From the NCBI GenBank assembly GCA_015064955.1, contig SVRD01000006.1:40714-104713 (forward strand): DNA of 64,000 nucleotides. Reading direction: 5' to 3'. The notes under the pieces were generated by a model. That model ran no database searches. It was not told the origin of the DNA and saw only the letters and a list, made by a program, of their open reading frames with translations. The position numbers and the translations under genes were made by a program. Below are positions 27,192 to 34,566 of this stretch, one piece after another (position 1 is the stretch's first letter; every line of letters begins with the position of its first letter). Origin of the DNA: Oscillospiraceae bacterium (GTDB lineage: Bacteria; Bacillota; Clostridia; Oscillospirales; CAG-382).

Positions 27192-27217
27192 CGACCCCCG
27201 CTTCCGGCACCAGAAAA
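27192..27217 (+). repeat. att-like copy B: 26-bp perfect direct repeat of the tRNA-Leu T-loop through CCA plus 5 nt
   Basis: cgacccccgcttccggcaccagaaaa at 27192-27217 is identical to 24917-24942. Confidence 0.85.
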
Positions 27218-27247
27218 CGACAGATTTCAAGGGGAATCTGTCGTTTT
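27214..27247 (+). terminator. hairpin terminator attached to copy B
   Basis: Perfect 13-bp stem aaaacgacagatt/aatctgtcgtttt with an 8-nt loop. Confidence 0.7.
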
Positions 27248-27248
27248 C

Positions 27249-27422
27249 AGTTATATTCGCCTTCGGCGAGTTATATTGCCTTGCAGTTATATTTGGCTTG
27301 CGCCAAGCTATATTGCCCGATGGGCAGTTTTGGAGGCGAATATAATATCACTGCTAAACTAAGTGAAGCAATATCACCACGAGCAAGGCGAGTAATATCA
27401 CTCCGTCGAAGACGGAATATCC
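27249..27422 (+). repeat. two families of short direct repeats, each unit followed by a GC mini-hairpin
   Basis: AGTTATATT at 27249, 27269 and 27285, and AGCTATATT at 27306. AATATCAC at 27344, 27370 and 27394, and AATATCC at 27416. Mini-hairpins include cgcc-ttc-ggcg, ttggc-ttgc-gccaa, tgccc-gat-gggca and tccgtc-gaa-gacgga. Confidence 0.7.
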
Positions 27423-27491
27423 TTAAAGTCTTACAATTTTGCAAAAGTCCGAATTCATACTAAAAAATGCCGAGGATATCTTTTTTTGTAG

Positions 27492-27509
27492 CCGGCACCA
27501 TGAAAAGTC
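27492..27509 (+). repeat. att-like copy C: ccggcacca(t)gaaaagtc
   Basis: Matches 24929-24945 (tRNA 3-prime end plus the first 8 nt downstream) with a single 1-nt insertion. A strong terminator follows immediately. Confidence 0.55.
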
Positions 27510-27540
27510 ACTTTTGTCTACGACAAAGGTGACTTTTTTC
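27503..27540 (+). terminator. strong rho-independent terminator with no upstream gene (possibly the ancestral tRNA-Leu terminator)
   Basis: 16-bp stem aaaagtcacttttgtc/gacaaaggtgactttt (one G-U pair), 3-nt loop, T-run. Confidence 0.75.
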
Positions 27541-27609
27541 AATGATATCAGTTCTTCGCGGAATGGGTGATATTTGTCTTTGGCATATAAGAAACAGATA
27601 TTATATTTA

Positions 27610-27638
27610 TTGACACAAATTTACAAGTATGGTATAAT
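27610..27638 (+). promoter_or_regulatory. glnA promoter
   Basis: TTGACA (27610-27615), 17-nt spacer with an extended -10 TGg, TATAAT (27633-27638). AAGGAG RBS before the ATG at 27665. Confidence 0.75.
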
Positions 27639-27664
27639 TAATCATAAATATAAGGAGTGGAAAT

Positions 27665-29089
27665 ATGGCAAAGACGATTCAGGATATACTTAATATTATT
27701 AGAGAAAACGGTATCAAAATGATCGACTTCAAAATGGTCGATATCAACGGTCAGTACAGACACGTAACCATTCCTGCCGAAAACTTTTCGGAGGATACAA
27801 TGAAGAGCGGCATCGGCTTTGATGCATCGAATTACGGATACGCTGTTGTTGAAAAGAGCGATATGGTGTTTATCCCCGATCCCGACACCGCGATGATCGA
27901 CCCATTCTGCGCGATACCCACTCTTACGATGACGGGCAACGCGATGATTATAGATTCGCCCGAAAACCGCCCCCTCGCTCAATATCCGCGCAATATCGTG
28001 CTTGCGGCAGATAAATATATGAAGGATTCGGGTGTAGCGGATACTATGCTTATTCTTCCCGAATTCGAGTTCTATCTTTTCGATAACGTCGCTTGGGACG
28101 TCGCTCCCAACAGTATCGGCGTAAATCTTGATGCGGTTCAGTCCTATTGGAACACCGCAAACGAGGGAAAGGGTGTAGTTGTTCCCAAGCAAAAGGCATA
28201 TCACATCGCAAAGCCGTTCGACGTTTCCTATGAGTGCCGTAGCGAAATGTGCCTGCATATGAAGGACGCGGGAATCGATATTAATTATCATCATCCCGAG
28301 GTTGCCGCTTCGGGTCAGTTCGAAATCGAGCCTCAGCTCGGCGAAATGACAAAGATGGCAGATGCCACTATGATGATAAAATATATCATTCATAACACCG
28401 CGCTTAAATACGGCAAAACCGCAACCTTTATGCCGAAACCCATTTACGGCGAAGCAGGAAGCGGTATGCACGTACATATGCTTCTTCTTAAGGATGGACA
28501 ACCCGTATTCTCAGATGATAACGGATATTCACATCTGAGCGAGACAGCACATTACTTTATGGGCGGCTTGCTTAAGCATATCGCATCTCTTTGCGCGCTC
28601 ACTAATCCCAGCACGAACTCGTTCAAGCGTCTTGTTCCCGGTTATGAAGCGCCTGTCACGATCGGATATGCGACATCGAACAGAAGCGCTGTTATCCGCA
28701 TTCCCGCGTATGCAAAATCCCCTGAAAAGCGCCGTTTTGAGCTTCGCAATCCCGATGCAACCTGCAACCCCTATTTCTGCTATGCCGCAATACTTATGGC
28801 GGGTATCGACGGTGTAAAGAACAAGATCGATCCCCACGCAAACGGCTGGGGTCCTTATGACGTCAACCTTTATCATTTGAGCGACGAGGAAAAGGCAAAG
28901 CTTCGCCATCTTCCTACCTCGCTCGAGGAAGCTCTCGATGCACTCGAAAAGGACAACGATTATCTTACCGTAGGCGGTGTATTCCCGAAGGAGCTTATTG
29001 CAAACTTTATTAAAAATAAGCGTGCGGAATGCCGTGAGCTTGCAAATATTCCTCATCCTGCTGAATTTGATAAGTATTATAACCTTTAA
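27665..29089 (+). CDS. glnA: glutamine synthetase, type I
   Basis: 474 aa. ATP-binding signature KPIYGEAGSGMHVHM. The length and N-terminal beta-grasp region are typical. Confidence 0.9.
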   Translation: MAKTIQDILNIIRENGIKMIDFKMVDINGQYRHVTIPAENFSEDTMKSGIGFDASNYGYAVVEKSDMVFIPDPDTAMIDPFCAIPTLTMTGNAMIIDSPENRPLAQYPRNIVLAADKYMKDSGVADTMLILPEFEFYLFDNVAWDVAPNSIGVNLDAVQSYWNTANEGKGVVVPKQKAYHIAKPFDVSYECRSEMCLHMKDAGIDINYHHPEVAASGQFEIEPQLGEMTKMADATMMIKYIIHNTALKYGKTATFMPKPIYGEAGSGMHVHMLLLKDGQPVFSDDNGYSHLSETAHYFMGGLLKHIASLCALTNPSTNSFKRLVPGYEAPVTIGYATSNRSAVIRIPAYAKSPEKRRFELRNPDATCNPYFCYAAILMAGIDGVKNKIDPHANGWGPYDVNLYHLSDEEKAKLRHLPTSLEEALDALEKDNDYLTVGGVFPKELIANFIKNKRAECRELANIPHPAEFDKYYNL

Positions 29090-29096
29090 TTCAAAC

Positions 29097-29131
29097 AAAA
29101 AATCCCCCCTTGAAAAAGGGAGGATTTTTTT
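29097..29131. terminator. bidirectional terminator
   Basis: Stem aatcccccctt/aagggaggatt (one mismatch) is flanked by A and T runs. It sits between convergent genes. Confidence 0.7.
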
Positions 29132-30398
29132 AATCCTTGTAATAAGCAACCGCCAGATCAACGACAAGACCGTAGCTTTTTGTACCTGCTTGCTGACCTT
29201 GTGACTGAAGGAAGGCGTTGTTGACTGTGCCTGTCACAGTGCTCGCAACGCTGTCGCGGTATTTGTCGAAGAAGTCGGAATATGCAATAAACTCTTTGAG
29301 CAGAGCCTTCGGCATATAGTTGTAAACGATATCCTTGTGAAGCTCGTTGTTCGCTTTTGAAAGTGCCGAATTCAGATAGTTTGCCATATTTGCGTATCCC
29401 GAATAACGAATATAATCGTCGTCACTGCCGATACAAACCAAAAAAGCAACGAAATTCGCCTCGTCCTCGCGTGCGATACCGCGCTGGTGTGCCATCTCGT
29501 GAGCCATAGTGAACGGCATAAGAAAATCGGGATAATTGGTGTTTACGTTCGATTCACCCGTCATAAAGGTATATACACCCGAAATGTGAGTATAGGTCAT
29601 CGGCTCGGAGAGAGCGATTGCCTTCGGTGTCGAATCGAAGTGAGCGATATAATCGGATTCCGATGCATACTTTTCAAAAGCATCGTTTACCTTCTCGACA
29701 AGTTCTTTGTAGCTGTATGGCATAACCGAAGAGCCGTTGTCATCAAATCGTATGCTTTCGATATTGTCATAAACATTACGCGAAACTATCTTCGCCGTCG
29801 CATAGAGCTCCTCGGGCGATACAGCGTTTTGCTCGATGCCGAGATTGTCTGCAAGCTTGTAACGGTTATATGCGGGACCGAACGCAGAGAAGAACAGTGT
29901 GAGAATAACAAGAACAACGGAAAACAGCGGCCGAAGCCATCGGTAGAAGTTTTTACTGCTTTGATCGCGGTTTGTTGAGACTGATGAAGCAACAATATAT
30001 GCGATCGCTATGATCGGCAGACAAACAATAACCGATTCCGCCAATGAAAAATGAAACCAACCGGTCAGCTTTGCGAGAATCAAACGTATAAATTGCGCAG
30101 GGTATATTGTCCAGAATTCCGCAAATCCCGAGCTGAAGCGGGAAATGATATAGACAACTATCGAAGCAACAAAACAAATACAAAGAACCTTAAAAGGCGT
30201 TGTAAATAAACCGCCCTCAGCCATTCGCTTGAATGGATTTTTGCTTTTCTTTTTGTCGCTGCTTTCGCAATTTTCGCTTTCGCTTACTTCCGTATGGACA
30301 TCTTCCTGCGAAACTGAATCCTCTGCAGGAATCGTGCTTTCTTCGGTAACGAAATCGTTTTCTGCGACCTCGTTTATCTCTTTATCTCGTGACTCCAT
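29130..30398 (-). CDS. DUF3810 domain membrane zinc-metalloprotease-like protein
   Basis: 422 aa. Acidic N-terminus, TM helices, and an HEMAHQRG motif in FTMAHEMAHQRGIAREDEANF, which is typical of DUF3810. Confidence 0.7.
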   Translation of the reverse strand: MESRDKEINEVAENDFVTEESTIPAEDSVSQEDVHTEVSESENCESSDKKKSKNPFKRMAEGGLFTTPFKVLCICFVASIVVYIISRFSSGFAEFWTIYPAQFIRLILAKLTGWFHFSLAESVIVCLPIIAIAYIVASSVSTNRDQSSKNFYRWLRPLFSVVLVILTLFFSAFGPAYNRYKLADNLGIEQNAVSPEELYATAKIVSRNVYDNIESIRFDDNGSSVMPYSYKELVEKVNDAFEKYASESDYIAHFDSTPKAIALSEPMTYTHISGVYTFMTGESNVNTNYPDFLMPFTMAHEMAHQRGIAREDEANFVAFLVCIGSDDDYIRYSGYANMANYLNSALSKANNELHKDIVYNYMPKALLKEFIAYSDFFDKYRDSVASTVTGTVNNAFLQSQGQQAGTKSYGLVVDLAVAYYKD

Positions 30399-31438
30399 CC
30401 AAAATCATCTTTCTTGTTGCCAAACTGAATACCGGTGATCTCATCGTAAAGCATTTGTGAGATAGTACCGATTTCGTTGTTGTTGATAATAAGCTTCTTG
30501 CCGTTCCAATCGAGCAATCCAACAGGGGAGATTACTGCCGCAGTACCGGTACCGAACATTTCCTTGAGCTCGCCCTTCTGACCTGCTTCATAAACCTCGT
30601 CGATAGAAATTCTGCGTTCTTCAACGTTATAACCCTTTGCTTTGAGGTAGTTGATAACAGAATCTCTTGTTACACCGGGAAGAATATTACCCTCAAGCTT
30701 GGGGGTAACGACAGTGTCGCCGATAACGAAGAAGACGTTCATCGCGCCAACCTCGTCGATGTACTTGTGCTCAATACCGTCGAGCCAGAGAACCTGAGCA
30801 TAGCCGAGCTGCTCTGCCTTTTCCTGACCCTTGAGCGAGGCCGCATAGTTGCCGCCTACCTTTGCGTAGCCGGTGCCGCCCTTTACTGCGCGAACGTATT
30901 CGTCCTCAACACAGATCTTAACGGGAGCAAGTCCGCTTGCGTAGTATGCGCCAACAGGGGAGAGAATAATCATAAACTTATATGTGTGCGAGGGATGTAC
31001 GCCCAAGAAGGGATCGGTAGCGATGATAAAGGGACGAATGTAGAGCGAGGTGCCCTCTTGTGTCGGGATCCAATCCTGATCAACGAGAACCAATTCCTCG
31101 ATTGCCTGGAGAACGTCGTAGGGATCAACCTGAGGAATACACATTCTCACATTGGTGTTGTTCATTCTTTCGATATTCTTTTCGGGACGGAACATCAAAA
31201 TTCTGCCGTCTTTAGCGCGGTATGCTTTCATACCCTCGAACATTTCCTGACCGTAGTGGAATACCATCGAAGCAGGAGAAAGCGAGATTTCGCCGTAAGG
31301 AACGATTCGTGCATCGTGCCAGCCCTTTTCGGTGGAATAGTCCATAATAAACATATGGTCGGTGAATATTTTGCCGAATCCGAGTGCGCCCTCGGGCTTG
31401 GATTTCGGAGCTGTTGTAAGCGTTTTTGTAATCTGCAT
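30374..31438 (-). CDS. ilvE: branched-chain amino acid aminotransferase
   Basis: 354 aa fold-type IV aminotransferase (FGKIFTDHMF, GTSLYIRPF, GGTGYAKVGGNYA). Confidence 0.9.
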   Translation of the reverse strand: MQITKTLTTAPKSKPEGALGFGKIFTDHMFIMDYSTEKGWHDARIVPYGEISLSPASMVFHYGQEMFEGMKAYRAKDGRILMFRPEKNIERMNNTNVRMCIPQVDPYDVLQAIEELVLVDQDWIPTQEGTSLYIRPFIIATDPFLGVHPSHTYKFMIILSPVGAYYASGLAPVKICVEDEYVRAVKGGTGYAKVGGNYAASLKGQEKAEQLGYAQVLWLDGIEHKYIDEVGAMNVFFVIGDTVVTPKLEGNILPGVTRDSVINYLKAKGYNVEERRISIDEVYEAGQKGELKEMFGTGTAAVISPVGLLDWNGKKLIINNNEIGTISQMLYDEITGIQFGNKKDDFGWSHEIKR

Positions 31439-31474
31439 AGTATTAACCTCTCATTTTCTGAAAACGTACTTATG

Positions 31475-31503
31475 ATTATACAACTCCAAACACTATTTTT
31501 CAA
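31475..31503 (-). promoter_or_regulatory. ilvE promoter
   Basis: On the minus strand: TTGAAA (31503-31498), 17-nt spacer, TATAAT (31480-31475). Confidence 0.6.
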
Positions 31504-31527
31504 TAGTTTTTTCAATAAAATATATAC

Positions 31528-31556
31528 TTGACAAATAAAACAAAATGTTGTATAAT
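31528..31556 (+). promoter_or_regulatory. divergent consensus promoter upstream of the M23 peptidase gene
   Basis: TTGACA (31528-31533), 17-nt spacer, TATAAT (31551-31556). This would give a leader of about 105 nt. Confidence 0.6.
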
Positions 31557-31667
31557 CATCAAGAAAATGGCGTAGAGTGCGCACGCGTAATTGTTTTCAA
31601 ATTGTCCTTATTTTGTTAAAATTTGTGCGGTATAATTTATTTGATATTGTGCAATGGAGGTTTACTT

Positions 31668-32786
31668 TTGGCTTCTATATCCAAAACGCAAAACTTTATT
31701 ACCAAAAACAGAATAACGATTATAGCTATATTGGCATTTGTTGTCGCAATTTGCTGTATTTTGGCTTTTGCAAGCAACAAATCGGAGGATTCGGTTGTTT
31801 TTTCCGAGGCTGAGTCTTCGGTTGGAACCGAAGTAAGCAAGGAAGTTTTGTCCGAGGGCTACGGCGTTTATATCGACGAGCATTTCGTTGCTGCCGTTGA
31901 GTCCGAAGAACTTGCAAACGAGGTTCTTGAAAACGTACTTGATGCCCGTGTTACTTCTCTCGGAATCGCTTCCGAAACAGTATGCGGCTTCAATAACGAT
32001 ATCGAACTTGTAAACGGCAAGTATTCTTCCGAATCATTTGTTGACAGCGAAAAGCTTTTACAGCTTCTTGGAAAGAAAAATGTTTTCGGTGTGTCAGATA
32101 AAATCACCGATTACAATGGAAAGATTCTCCCTGTTAAGCTTGCGGTTCGCTCTGAAGTTACTTATACCGAGTTAGTTACTCTTGAATATGAAACCAAAAC
32201 AGTTTATACCGATGCTCTTCGCGATGGTGTAACAAAGGTTATATTCAAGGGATACAACGGCGAGGGCGAGGAAACCTACCGCCTTATTTCGATCGACGGC
32301 GTAGTTTCCGAAAGAGAAGTTCTCTCTGTCAACGTAATCGTAGAGCCCGCGAACGAAGTTATTCGTAAGGGCACCTCCTCCAATGGTATCGACGTTGCTT
32401 CGCTTGGAACTTTTATCAGACCTTACGATGGCGTTATCACTTCTTATGTCGGACCCAGATGGGGACGTACCCACAACGGTATCGATATCGCGGGTGACAG
32501 ATGTAAAGGCAAACCTGCTGTTGCAGCTTGCGACGGTGTTGTTGTAAGAGCGGATTGGTATGGCGGATACGGTAATTGTGTAATTATCGATCATGGCGAC
32601 GGTGTCCAAACACTTTATGCACACCTCAGCGCTTTTTCGGTTCAGGTTGGCGATGTACTTGAAGCAGGCGACGAAGTCGGTAAGATCGGTTCTACCGGTA
32701 ATTCCACAGGTCCTCACCTTCACTTCGAGGTTCACGTTGACGGCGAAATCGTTAACCCCTTGATTTTTGTAGACTACGAAGACTAA
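31668..32786 (+). CDS. M23 family peptidoglycan endopeptidase with a G5-like domain
   Basis: The likely start is the TTG at 31668 (MASISKT), 7 nt after GGAGG at 31656-31660; the tracked start at 31623 lies in promoter-like sequence. N-terminal TM anchor. M23 motifs HNGIDIAG and GPHLHFEVH. Confidence 0.8.
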   Translation: MASISKTQNFITKNRITIIAILAFVVAICCILAFASNKSEDSVVFSEAESSVGTEVSKEVLSEGYGVYIDEHFVAAVESEELANEVLENVLDARVTSLGIASETVCGFNNDIELVNGKYSSESFVDSEKLLQLLGKKNVFGVSDKITDYNGKILPVKLAVRSEVTYTELVTLEYETKTVYTDALRDGVTKVIFKGYNGEGEETYRLISIDGVVSEREVLSVNVIVEPANEVIRKGTSSNGIDVASLGTFIRPYDGVITSYVGPRWGRTHNGIDIAGDRCKGKPAVAACDGVVVRADWYGGYGNCVIIDHGDGVQTLYAHLSAFSVQVGDVLEAGDEVGKIGSTGNSTGPHLHFEVHVDGEIVNPLIFVDYED

Positions 32787-32791
32787 TTAAT

Positions 32792-32826
32792 AGGCTGTTG
32801 CAATCCCTGTGCAACAGCCTTTGTTT
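32792..32826 (+). terminator. rho-independent terminator
   Basis: Perfect 11-bp stem aggctgttgca/tgcaacagcct, followed by a T-rich tail. Confidence 0.75.
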
Positions 32827-32858
32827 ATACATAATTGCATTAATGCGCGGAGGAAAAT

Positions 32859-33890
32859 ATGGGAAAGACTTCTGTAAAAAATGATATTGTTCTTATCCGA
32901 GTTTTGAGCACAATTATGATTGTTTTGTGCCACATTGTAAAATATTATACATTCATTCCGGGACACAATATTTTAGGAACTGTATTTGATGTCGGAGTAT
33001 ATGTCTTCTTGTTCGTATCGGGATTTTTATACGGAGATAAAGAAGTGACTGATTACTCCGCATTCATTAAACGAAGGCTTTTGAAAATATGTATCCCTGC
33101 GATGATTCTTTCGATAACCTTTATTCTTGTATTGCGTTTTATTTATTCGCAGCAAATGGGATTTGGCGAAATCTTGATTTATTTATTCAATCTTCAGGGA
33201 CTAAGCTTTTTGGGGATTTTACCGGATGACGTTAAGCTTCCATGTGTAGATGGGTTGGGTCACCTTTGGTTCGTTACCGTGATCTTTATCTGTTATCTGT
33301 TGATACCACTGTTTCAAAAAACAAAAAGACTCGACTTCAAAAAACAATGCCTTTTGCTTTCAGCTCTGTTTTTGATTTCAACTGCAATAAAAATCTTTTC
33401 GAGCCTGAATTTAATATACTTTGTTGTATTCTATTTTGGTTATGCGCTTTCTGCGTGCGGTTGCTTTAGCAAAAGGAAAAGCTTTAAAAAGCATATTCCT
33501 ATATATGTAATAGGCGTGTCGATGCAGCTATTGCGAATCATAATGATGATGAGATTCGACAATACACCGTATTATTTCGCTTTTGTTTGTATCAGTCATA
33601 CTGCACTTGCTTTTATGATATTTGCTTTCTTCGCTGATATTAATTTGTTTTTTCCTCGTATGTGTGAAAGGATTGCTCAAAGTAAAATTCTAAAGCTGAT
33701 GAACTCATGTTCATATTACATATATCTGTCTCACGGTATTTTCAGTGTGGGATATCTTAATGTATATGAAAAAGAATATGCGATCTCCGTTAAAACACTG
33801 CTGTTCTTTCTACTTACTGTTGCTGTTTCGTTAATACTGTTTTATTTAGATAAGTTCATATCAAAAAATAAAAAAAACTCCGGTAATTAA
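32859..33890 (+). CDS. acyltransferase family 3 membrane protein
   Basis: 343 aa, polytopic. The N-terminus IRVLSTIMIVLCHI is typical of acyltransferase_3. AT-rich. A hairpin terminator lies at 33872-33901. Confidence 0.7.
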   Translation: MGKTSVKNDIVLIRVLSTIMIVLCHIVKYYTFIPGHNILGTVFDVGVYVFLFVSGFLYGDKEVTDYSAFIKRRLLKICIPAMILSITFILVLRFIYSQQMGFGEILIYLFNLQGLSFLGILPDDVKLPCVDGLGHLWFVTVIFICYLLIPLFQKTKRLDFKKQCLLLSALFLISTAIKIFSSLNLIYFVVFYFGYALSACGCFSKRKSFKKHIPIYVIGVSMQLLRIIMMMRFDNTPYYFAFVCISHTALAFMIFAFFADINLFFPRMCERIAQSKILKLMNSCSYYIYLSHGIFSVGYLNVYEKEYAISVKTLLFFLLTVAVSLILFYLDKFISKNKKNSGN

Positions 33891-33913
33891 CCGGAGCTTT
33901 TAATTATAAACTG

Positions 33914-34552
33914 TTATGCTACAATAGGAGCTTTGCAATCGCCTGCAACAAGAAGAATGATAAGCATTACGATTTGGATTATCGTAATAATTGCACCCTT
34001 CTTAAAGGTGGGCTTTTTGATTCTGATGTTGAGTATGTATCCGAACGCAAGGAGGATGAGTGCAATTCTGAAAAGCCAAACAGTTACGTTCGCGGGGATG
34101 AACGTAGTAAGAAGGAACAATGCTGTTATAATCATTGTGGACATCGGAATCGGAACACCGCGGAAGCTCTTTGTTGATTTACCGGGGTTTTCGTTCGCGA
34201 GCGTGTTGAAATATGCGAGTCTAATAGTTCCGCATACCACGAAGAAGCAATATACGATTACGTCGAACCAACCGTCAAATCCGAACGAAAATGCGATAAA
34301 GCAGGGCGTAACACCGAAGCTGATAACGTCACAAAGACTGTCAAGCTGAACACCGTAGAATTTTTGCTTCGCGGTGCGTTTCTTACTTGCACGTGCAATC
34401 TTACCGTCAAACATATCACAGAGAAACGCAATAAACATCATATAAACTGCGAATTTGTAATTACCGTTTGCGGCGAGCATGCAAGACGTTACTGCGGAAA
34501 TCAATCCAAATAAAGTAACCGTATTCGCTAAAGAATAAATACCAATAAACAT
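33914..34552 (-). CDS. pssA: CDP-diacylglycerol--serine O-phosphatidyltransferase
   Basis: The real start is the ATG at 34552 (MFIGIYS), after GGAGG; the tracked ORF extends to 34711 through the rsgA 3-prime end. CDP-alcohol motif DMFDGKIAR...G...DSLCD. Confidence 0.8.
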   Translation of the reverse strand: MFIGIYSLANTVTLFGLISAVTSCMLAANGNYKFAVYMMFIAFLCDMFDGKIARASKKRTAKQKFYGVQLDSLCDVISFGVTPCFIAFSFGFDGWFDVIVYCFFVVCGTIRLAYFNTLANENPGKSTKSFRGVPIPMSTMIITALFLLTTFIPANVTVWLFRIALILLAFGYILNIRIKKPTFKKGAIITIIQIVMLIILLVAGDCKAPIVA

Positions 34553-34566
34553 AATTTCCTCCAAAA

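Larger units (their letters stand above)
24938..27509 (+). mobile_element. integrase-less stack of island remnants at the tRNA-Leu 3-prime end, bounded by att-like direct repeats
   Basis: Three same-orientation copies of the tRNA-Leu 3-prime end lie downstream of the intact gene (see the repeat features). The interior is AT-rich with two orphan genes. No integrase, excisionase or transposase ORF is present. Confidence 0.55.

Noticed and set aside
27249-27422. Possible CRISPR array.
   Set aside because: The repeat units are only 8-9 bp, with irregular spacing of 16-26 bp. There are no 25-40 bp repeats, no spacer-sized unique segments and no cas genes.
27010-27463. ORFs of 111 and 107 aa across the att-copy and repeat region.
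   Set aside because: They read through tRNA fragments, terminator hairpins and short DNA repeats. They have no RBS, and the apparent peptide repeats simply mirror the DNA repeats.
27610-27630. GlnR/TnrA box (TGTNA-N7-TNACA) in the glnA promoter (TGACACAAATTTACA).
   Set aside because: The spacing and half-sites do not fit the 17-bp consensus. The resemblance comes mostly from the -35 TTGACA.
31613-31636. A second plus-strand promoter (TTGTTA ... TATAAT at 31631-31636) just upstream of the M23 gene.
   Set aside because: The spacer to the only good -35-like hexamer is 12 nt. It may still act as a weak or extended -10 promoter, but it is not well supported.
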